Shown here one piece after another: positions 57,365 through 64,000 of a DNA stretch of 64,000 nt (positions are counted from its first letter, which is position 1; every line of letters starts with the position of its first letter). Where the stretch lies: assembly GCA_044376115.1 (NCBI GenBank), contig JBILLK010000008.1:1-64000 (forward strand). The letters are read 5' to 3'. Below the pieces are notes generated by a model that was given only the letters and a program-made list of their open reading frames with translations, made no database searches and was not told where the DNA came from. Source of the stretch: Polyangiaceae bacterium (GTDB taxonomy: Bacteria > Myxococcota_A > Polyangia > Polyangiales > Polyangiaceae). Position numbers and translations under genes: made by a program.

Positions 57365-57900
57365 GGTTTTTGCGTCCTCTCCTGCGCCTGGCGCACGGCC
57401 TCGACCAAGCCCTGAACGTAGCCAGGTGCAGCGCTGGCAAACTTGGCTGTCCATACCGCTGCCTCGCCCACCGAAGAGAAGACGCGCCGCGGAAATGGCG
57501 AGTGCTGCACTACGATGATCCCGGATAGTACGCTGCGCATCGTAGCCACGCGGAAACCATCTCCGAACACGATGGTTGCGTGGCAGAGCACGCCGCCCAA
57601 GTCTTTCTTCGAGCGCTCGGCGGCGTAAGCGCGAATCGGCCCCGATGGGACCGGCTGGGTACCGTCCACCAGATTGAGCACGATCAGACCCTCAGGATTG
57701 GCTTTCAAGGCCAGCCGCTTGGCGATGGTGGTTGCATCCAACGCTTCAACCGTGACTGTGCGGTAAAAATCGAGGATGAAGACGTTCCGCCACGCGGTGA
57801 AGTGGTAACCCTCTCCGGAAGCAAGGCAGCGCAGCTCAGTCAAGGACAGCAGGGTGACCCAAAATCCGATACAACTCAAGGCCGTAGCCGAGCAATCCAT
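57361..57900 (-). CDS. Hypothetical protein (possibly STAS/SEC14-like)
   Basis: RVFSSVGEAAVW ending typical of small myxobacterial STAS-like proteins; start uncertain. Confidence 0.5.
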   Translation of the reverse strand: MDCSATALSCIGFWVTLLSLTELRCLASGEGYHFTAWRNVFILDFYRTVTVEALDATTIAKRLALKANPEGLIVLNLVDGTQPVPSGPIRAYAAERSKKDLGGVLCHATIVFGDGFRVATMRSVLSGIIVVQHSPFPRRVFSSVGEAAVWTAKFASAAPGYVQGLVEAVRQAQERTQKP

Positions 57901-57960
57901 GCGACCAGCAGAGAACCGTCTCAAACCTCGCGCCGAGCGCCTGTACCCGGATGCTAAGTC

Positions 57961-58959
57961 ATGAGCTTATGTGTTGCAGCGGTCTTGCTGATTTCAGCGC
58001 AACTCATCGGCCAAGAGCTTAGCTGCCCAAGCGGGACCAAGCTCGTCACAGGCCAGCACTACGAGAACGTTGAAAGACTTTGCCTCAAGTTCTCGCAAGA
58101 CACCTGCTGGTCCTACTTTCCTTGGCTGATGGCGATCGAAGGCAGAACCACTTCTATCTCTGTATGCATGGATGAATACGAGTGGCCCAATGAGAAGGGC
58201 GCACTGCCTCCGGTGATGATGAAGTTCACCGAGGCCGAGGCCAGCTGTAAGTCGGTCGGCAAACGGCTATGCAGCGAATTTGAATGGGAGCTCGCCTGCG
58301 AGAGTAACGAGGTATTGCCCTTCCTTTACGGCTTTGATTTCAAGAAGCAGGTCTGCGTCAATGACAAGCCCTACAAAGGGTATGACCAAGCCAAGCTCTC
58401 GAGCCTGGACAAGAAGGTTCGAGACCAAGAGACGAAGCGCCTGTACCAAGCAGAGCCCTCCGGCTCACGTGAGGCCTGCGTGAGCGCCTTCGGCGTCCAC
58501 GACCTGATTGGCAACGTGGAAGAGTGGGTCACCACTTCCCGCCCAGAGTGGCCTTACGTCTCCTCGCTCAAGGGCGGTTACTGGGCAAAACCGCGCAGCG
58601 CCTGCCGCGGCACCAATGATTCGCACGGCCCCAACTTCCGCTTTTACGATATTGGCTTTCGCTGCTGCGTCGACCCAACGAGCGCTCAGCCCGTACAGGG
58701 GAGCGGCGCGCAAGCGAGCGCTGCGCCGGCCGTAGCCGGTTACTTGCGCTCACCGTACGAGGCGAACCTGCACTCAATATCGCCGTTCATGATGCGGACG
58801 AGCTTGGAGGGGCGAGCCGGAATGGCCTCCAGCAGCTCGGGCGTACCGCACAATACGCTGGAGTACCCTTCCCCGCCTTTTTTGGGGTTGCTGTTGCGCT
58901 CGACCATGGCGCCAAACGAGCTGAGCAGCTTGGGCGTTAGGCTCATACGATCGCCGTAA
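57961..58959 (+). CDS. FGE-sulfatase (SUMF1)-domain protein
   Basis: CMDEYEWPN, GKRLCSEFEWELAC, DLIGNVEEW and GFRCC motifs; the last 220 nt overlap the opposite-strand gene. Confidence 0.85.
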   Translation: MSLCVAAVLLISAQLIGQELSCPSGTKLVTGQHYENVERLCLKFSQDTCWSYFPWLMAIEGRTTSISVCMDEYEWPNEKGALPPVMMKFTEAEASCKSVGKRLCSEFEWELACESNEVLPFLYGFDFKKQVCVNDKPYKGYDQAKLSSLDKKVRDQETKRLYQAEPSGSREACVSAFGVHDLIGNVEEWVTTSRPEWPYVSSLKGGYWAKPRSACRGTNDSHGPNFRFYDIGFRCCVDPTSAQPVQGSGAQASAAPAVAGYLRSPYEANLHSISPFMMRTSLEGRAGMASSSSGVPHNTLEYPSPPFLGLLLRSTMAPNELSSLGVRLIRSP

Positions 58960-59882
58960 GGCGGGTTGACCACCATGGTCCACGCTCCCTCGGGCACGGG
59001 TACCGCTATATCGGCTTGGAAGAGCTCGAGCGTCACGCCGGCGCGGCCCGCGTTCTCTTGCGTAACCTCGATCGCCGAGGCCGCTACGTCTCTACCGACG
59101 ATCCTCGGCAATGCGCCCTTCTTCTTCTCGCGCGCCTCGCTAGCGCGCTCGCGGATCGACTCGAGTGCCGCTGCCTCCGTGGAACCGAAGGAGGCCCAGC
59201 GCTGGAAGCCGAACTTCTGCTTCTTCATCAGCCCAGGTGCAACCGCCGAGGATAGCAGCGCTGCCTCGATCACCACCGTACCGGAGCCACACATGGGGTC
59301 GATGAAGGGCGACTGTTGATCCCAGCCCGACATCCGCACCAGCGCCGCAGCGAGCGTCTCTTTCAGCGGTGCCCCGTCATGCCGCGTGCGGTAACCGCGC
59401 GCGAACAAGGCGTCCCCGGCCAAATCGAGATAGAGGGTGGCTTGATTCTGCGCCAGGTGCAGCGACAACAGCACATCCGGATCATCGCGACTCACGTCCG
59501 GTCGCTGGCCTTGCTCCTCGCGAAACTGATCGACCACGGCGTCCTTCACCAACTGCGCCAAGAACTGGGTATGCGTCAGCGCGCTCTTCTTGGAGCTGGC
59601 CCGCACAGCGAAGCTCGTCTTGGTGGAGAGGTGCTCGGCCCAGGTGACCGAGCGAACGCCTTCGTACAGTGCATCCTCGTTGGGCGCATCAAAGGCCGCG
59701 ACCTCGAGCAAGATGCGCTGGGCCACGCGCGAATGAAAGCAGGCGCGCATACCATCAGTGAGGGCTCCCTCGAAGTGCACGCCCCCACGGTCCGCGCGCA
59801 CCGACCGAAGCCGCAGCTCGCGTAGCTCGTCCCGGAGAGCAGGTTCAGTGCCCATCGCTGCAGTCGCAAAAAAGGCGCTCAC
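58740..59882 (-). CDS. THUMP-domain RNA methyltransferase (RlmL-like)
   Basis: RGYR, APLKETLAAA, DPMCGSGT and NPPYG motifs. Confidence 0.9.
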   Translation of the reverse strand: MSAFFATAAMGTEPALRDELRELRLRSVRADRGGVHFEGALTDGMRACFHSRVAQRILLEVAAFDAPNEDALYEGVRSVTWAEHLSTKTSFAVRASSKKSALTHTQFLAQLVKDAVVDQFREEQGQRPDVSRDDPDVLLSLHLAQNQATLYLDLAGDALFARGYRTRHDGAPLKETLAAALVRMSGWDQQSPFIDPMCGSGTVVIEAALLSSAVAPGLMKKQKFGFQRWASFGSTEAAALESIRERASEAREKKKGALPRIVGRDVAASAIEVTQENAGRAGVTLELFQADIAVPVPEGAWTMVVNPPYGDRMSLTPKLLSSFGAMVERNSNPKKGGEGYSSVLCGTPELLEAIPARPSKLVRIMNGDIECRFASYGERK

Positions 59883-59904
59883 AGCGGCTTCTTAGCAGAG
59901 TCGC

Positions 59905-60837
59905 TCAGCGTAAGGGGTCACGACAACAACGGAACCCGACTTCGTAGCCGTAGTCGCTCTCGCCGTGAAAGGTGGTGATGGGCCTGCAGCGATCCCGCAC
60001 CGGCCCCCACCAGCCGCCTTTGAGACCCGCGCGCTTCGAAAAGCCGCGGCCGGGCAACAAGGTCCATTCATTGACGTTGCCGTTGAGATCGTAGACGCCG
60101 TGCTCGGAGACGCACTCCGGCATCGACCCAGCGGGCAGCCGCTGATCGATCGCCTCGAGCGCCGCTTTGCACGCAGGCTCTGCAAGGCAGGCATCGTGCT
60201 TGAGGAAGTTGAAGGTGCGCTTTCGATACTCGCGGTCGAACGAGCACTTCGTCTTGTCTCGCACGAAGCCGGTGACGTGCGGGCGCATCGCCTCGCCTTC
60301 ACACGCGAAGGTGAACTCGACGTCGGTGCATAACCGCTTGCCGATGCTCTCGCAGGTATCCTTCGCCTCCTGCCAGCTGGTTAGATTGCGAGGAATGACC
60401 CCGCGCTGGTTGGGCCACTCGAAGGTATCCATGCAGAAGCTCATCGGCTCGCGCTGTTTGGATAGGCAATCGGACGGCTCACGATAACGTTTGCACTGCT
60501 GCCGCTCGGGTACGCCGGTCACGTTGACCTCGTTCCACTCGAGGCAAACCTGCGACGGAGCCGGGCAGTAGTTGCCTGAAACCAGCCGCATATCGCCTGG
60601 GCAACGCTCCGAGTTCGGCGGCGTCTGCGCGGAGGCAGCGCTGCTCGCCGAGCCGACGGCGCTTGCGGACGGCGCCAGGGTTGGAGAAGGCGGGGCGGTC
60701 GAAGCAACGCTTGCAGCCGAGGTCGCTACTGCATTCGCCGAGCTTTGCTCGCTAGAGCTTCGCTCATTCGAGCAGGCGCCCACCATCGAGACCAGGCCAA
60801 GCGCCACCCCGCTGCGTAGCTCAGGCAGGCCGAACAC
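59905..60837 (-). CDS. FGE-sulfatase (SUMF1)-domain lipoprotein
   Basis: VGAC lipobox; FCMDTFEWPN, GKRLC, DLNGNVNEW and GFRCC motifs. Confidence 0.85.
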   Translation of the reverse strand: MFGLPELRSGVALGLVSMVGACSNERSSSEQSSANAVATSAASVASTAPPSPTLAPSASAVGSASSAASAQTPPNSERCPGDMRLVSGNYCPAPSQVCLEWNEVNVTGVPERQQCKRYREPSDCLSKQREPMSFCMDTFEWPNQRGVIPRNLTSWQEAKDTCESIGKRLCTDVEFTFACEGEAMRPHVTGFVRDKTKCSFDREYRKRTFNFLKHDACLAEPACKAALEAIDQRLPAGSMPECVSEHGVYDLNGNVNEWTLLPGRGFSKRAGLKGGWWGPVRDRCRPITTFHGESDYGYEVGFRCCRDPLR

Positions 60838-62644
60838 GAGCCGTATCGGGCGCGCGCGCGCGCAGCCGCTCGCCCCAAGGATATTGCTTTAAAATCGCCC
60901 AACCACGCGCGCGCGTGACGTCATCGAGTTCACCGCGCTGGGCGCGGCGGAAGGCCGCCGCTAGCTCGTCAGCCGAGGAAAACCGCTCGGAGCGCCGTTT
61001 GGCCAGGCCAATGGCAAGCACCAGCTCCACGTCGATCGGCACGCGGGCAAAGGTGGTGGGGCTGTCTGGCATACGGGTCAGCGCGTCCATCAGCACCTTG
61101 GCGACCTCGTCCCCCATGAACGGCGGCCGGCCGGTGATACAGCGATAAGCAATCGCCGCTAACGCATAGAGATCCGCCTTGTGGTCCACGTCTTTACCGC
61201 GGATTTGCTCAGGCGCCATATAGGAGGGCGTCCCCACCGCTTGGTCCTTGGTGATCTGCTCGGCGCCGTGCAACTTGGAGAGGCCAAAGTCGAGCACCTT
61301 CCAACGGCGTGGCAACGTATCGGTGAGAAAGATGTTGGCCGGCTTTAGATCGCGGTGGACGACGCCGGCGTCTTTCACTGCCGTTAGCGCGCGCGCCGTA
61401 TGCTCAATCAGCTCGCCGACCTGATGCAGCGCTAGCTGCGGGGAGCGCCGCAAATAGAAGGCCAGGTCATGGCCCTCGAGCAGCTCCATAACGATAAAAG
61501 GCACACCGTTCGGCAGTGTTCCCACCTCGAAGATGCGCGCCACATGTTCGCTGGGAACGGCTGAAGTAGCCTGCGCCTCGCGCAGAAAACGCTGGATGTT
61601 GGCCGGGTCCTCGAGCATCGCCGGGTGCAGCAATTTGATCGCTACCAGCGCTTGATTCTGCGTGTCGGTTGCGGCGTACACCTCGCCCATTCCGCCGCGG
61701 CCGAGCACGTCGCCCAGGCGGAACCGACCGATCGCCTGGCCCGAAAGCCGGCCCTCCCCTTGGCGCAGCGCCCGGTCGAGCTCCCCCTTGGCCTCCATCA
61801 ACTGCGCCTCGCGCACACGCAGCTCACGCTCACGTTCACGGGCGCGCTCGAGCGCAGCCTGATTGGCCCGCCGGACGCTGCGCGCCAGATAGAAGATCAT
61901 GCCGAAGATCGCCTGCTGCATGACGACTCGGTAGTAGAGCGACGCAGTATTGAGGCCCGCCGAAGTGAACACGCCTCGGTCCGCAAGCAGTCCGGTGGCG
62001 ATCGCCAACGTGACCACGAAGTAGAGCCCAGCGGTTGCGGCGTAGGAGGCCCGCGCAATCACGCGACTCTCACTCGAACCAAAGAAGTAAATACCGACCG
62101 CGAGGATGGTGGCCGAGGCCGAGAAGATACCGAGATAGTAGATGATGGCGATGGCGAAGAGCGAGAGCAGCACTGCGCTGGCAGCGGTCACCTGAATGTT
62201 TGCGCGCGTACGCTGACCGGAACCGGCGACCACCATGAACACACAGACGCAGGCCGCAAAGAAGCAGCCGATCGCCGTTTGAATGCGCAACCAGGCTGCA
62301 CCGGGCAGGATCGGCAGCGCCATCAGCACGAGCACCGTGACACCGAGCATCAGCCGATAAAACACCCGTGCCCGCTGCAGCTCGGCGTCGCGCAAAATGT
62401 TCTCGACCGCCTTCGGCTCCTCCACGGCGGGAGGCACAGCAGCCGCTGCGCCCGGCACCGCGAGCGGCGTCCCGATCGCCGTATTTCGACGCGCCAAAAC
62501 CTCATGCGGCGACGGGGTTGGCGGCACCGAGGCGAGCGGCGCCCGCACCGCCGGCTCACCGTCGGCCGGAGCCGGCGCGACGCCGCTTTGCGGATTGGCT
62601 GTGGGGAATGCGCCGCGTTCGGCGCGCCATCCACGCTCAGTCAT
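60821..62644 (-). CDS. Membrane-bound Ser/Thr protein kinase
   Basis: N-terminal hydrophobic helices; LGRGGMGEVY, AIK, HRDLKPAN, DFG and YMAPE motifs. Confidence 0.95.
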   Translation of the reverse strand: MTERGWRAERGAFPTANPQSGVAPAPADGEPAVRAPLASVPPTPSPHEVLARRNTAIGTPLAVPGAAAAVPPAVEEPKAVENILRDAELQRARVFYRLMLGVTVLVLMALPILPGAAWLRIQTAIGCFFAACVCVFMVVAGSGQRTRANIQVTAASAVLLSLFAIAIIYYLGIFSASATILAVGIYFFGSSESRVIARASYAATAGLYFVVTLAIATGLLADRGVFTSAGLNTASLYYRVVMQQAIFGMIFYLARSVRRANQAALERARERERELRVREAQLMEAKGELDRALRQGEGRLSGQAIGRFRLGDVLGRGGMGEVYAATDTQNQALVAIKLLHPAMLEDPANIQRFLREAQATSAVPSEHVARIFEVGTLPNGVPFIVMELLEGHDLAFYLRRSPQLALHQVGELIEHTARALTAVKDAGVVHRDLKPANIFLTDTLPRRWKVLDFGLSKLHGAEQITKDQAVGTPSYMAPEQIRGKDVDHKADLYALAAIAYRCITGRPPFMGDEVAKVLMDALTRMPDSPTTFARVPIDVELVLAIGLAKRRSERFSSADELAAAFRRAQRGELDDVTRARGWAILKQYPWGERLRARAPDTARVRPA

Positions 62645-62725
62645 GTTGCTCCAGCAAAGGGCGCATCCTCACAAGAGGAGCAGGATACGCCAGCGGAGCC
62701 GCTACGCGAAGTGGGCCTGCGGTGG

Positions 62726-64000
62726 TCAGGCGTACAACGCCGCGATCTCGGCCTTGTAGGCCTCTACCGCCACGCGTCGCTTGAGCTTCATACTCGGCGT
62801 CAGCATGCCGTTTTCAACGGTGAAGTCCTCGGGCACGAGGGCGATCTTCTTCACCTCCTCAAAACCTTTGAACTCCTCGGTGAACTTGGCAACCTCGGCC
62901 TCCAGCAGGCTCTTGACCTTGGCGTTCTTGATCAGCTTGGCGTCCTCCGACTCGTCGATGCCCTCGTTCTTGGCCCACTCCTTGAGGTTCGCAAAGTCGG
63001 GTGCGATGAGCGCGATGTTGAATAGCTGGTTGTCCCCGTAGACCATGCAGTTGGCGATGAACGGGGACAGCTTGAGCTTCTCCTCGAGCGGAGCCGGAGC
63101 CACGTACTTGCCGTTCTGTAGCTTGTAGAGCTCCTTCAAACGGCCAGTGATGAACAGGAAGCCCTCGCTATCGACGAAGCCGAGGTCGCCTGTGCGGAAG
63201 CCGCCCTGATCATTGAAGACCGCTTTGGTCTCGTCATCGCGGTTGAAGTAGCCCTGCATGACGTTGGGGCCGTAGACCACAATCTCGCCATCCTTCGCGT
63301 CGGCCGAGGTCTGCGTCTTGTCGATCTCGACGCGCACGTCGGTAATCGCCTTACCGACACTGCCAATCTTGTGGGCGCCGGGGCGGTTGGCTGTGGTGAT
63401 CGGGCTGGTCTCGGTGAGGCCGTACCCTTCATACACCGTAATCCCGAGGCCATCGATGAACTCGGCCACGTCCTTGGAGAGCGCAGCGCCGCCGGAAAAG
63501 GCGTACTTGAGCCGCCCGCCGAACTTCGCCACGATCTTGGAGAAGACCAGCGACTTGGCTAGCGGGTGCGCGATCGACTCGCCGAGCGACGGGCTCTCGC
63601 CCTTGCGCCGCTTGGCCGCAGCGCGCAGCCCGGCGCGGAACAGGCTTTGAATCATCGCCGGCTTAGCAGCCATCTGCTTGTTCACACCGTCATAGATGCG
63701 ATTGAAGATGCGCGGCACGCTGAAGAGCAACGTGGGTGAGACCTCCGCGAGGTTGGCGATGATCTTATCCACCGCCTCAGCCAAGGCGATGCTGGCGCCC
63801 TTGGACAACATCACGTGCAGCTCGCAGGTGTAGCCGAAGGAGTGCGCCCACGGCAGGAAGGAGAGGCTGCGATCATCGGTGCTGATCGGCAACATGCTCT
63901 GCACGGCGTTGATGTTCGAGATGATGTTGGAGTGCGAGAGGATCACGCCCTTTGGGTTGCCGGTGGTGCCCGAGGTGTAGATCAAACAGGCGATGTCCTT
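62726..64000 (-). CDS. Long-chain fatty acid-CoA ligase (start beyond the window edge)
   Basis: YTSGTTGNPKG, GYGLTE and FRTGDLG motifs. Confidence 0.93.
   Translation of the reverse strand, partial: KDIACLIYTSGTTGNPKGVILSHSNIISNINAVQSMLPISTDDRSLSFLPWAHSFGYTCELHVMLSKGASIALAEAVDKIIANLAEVSPTLLFSVPRIFNRIYDGVNKQMAAKPAMIQSLFRAGLRAAAKRRKGESPSLGESIAHPLAKSLVFSKIVAKFGGRLKYAFSGGAALSKDVAEFIDGLGITVYEGYGLTETSPITTANRPGAHKIGSVGKAITDVRVEIDKTQTSADAKDGEIVVYGPNVMQGYFNRDDETKAVFNDQGGFRTGDLGFVDSEGFLFITGRLKELYKLQNGKYVAPAPLEEKLKLSPFIANCMVYGDNQLFNIALIAPDFANLKEWAKNEGIDESEDAKLIKNAKVKSLLEAEVAKFTEEFKGFEEVKKIALVPEDFTVENGMLTPSMKLKRRVAVEAYKAEIAALYA

Overview
High-GC window whose gene content points to a myxobacterium of the Polyangiaceae/Sorangiineae type (inferred from TamAB, FGE-sulfatase and membrane kinase genes, bactofilin and Ser/Pro-rich motifs). 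It has three parts. (1) 1-14.6 kb is an accessory region ending at a tRNA-Asn gene. It holds a divergent zinc-starvation/metal-homeostasis locus: two COG0523 GTPases each preceded by the same 19-bp palindrome, DUF1826, DUF1636, a NiCoT-like permease, Cys-free HemB, PyrC, Dcd, DmeR/DmeF and several unusual unknown proteins. This abuts, through a scar of two truncated genes, a putative defence module (methyltransferase remnant, DUF262, HEPN, HhH-GPD glycosylase-like). (2) 14.7-47.5 kb is mostly core genes: flippase, EttA, TamB/TamA, RecA, SprT-like, HD, TolC, bactofilin and AddAB. It also has several degenerate signalling proteins, repeats and a candidate structured RNA after recA. (3) 47.8-54.6 kb is a compact candidate biosynthetic cluster: Rieske oxygenase, SAM methyltransferase, membrane protein, PaaK-like ligase, a desaturase fused to an extra membrane domain, a translationally coupled 28-aa peptide absent from the ORF track, and an oxygenase paralogue lacking its Rieske domain. 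It is followed by a molybdopterin oxidoreductase, FGE-sulfatase proteins, a THUMP methyltransferase, a Ser/Thr kinase and a partial acyl-CoA ligase. All family calls come from motifs read by eye; no searches were run.
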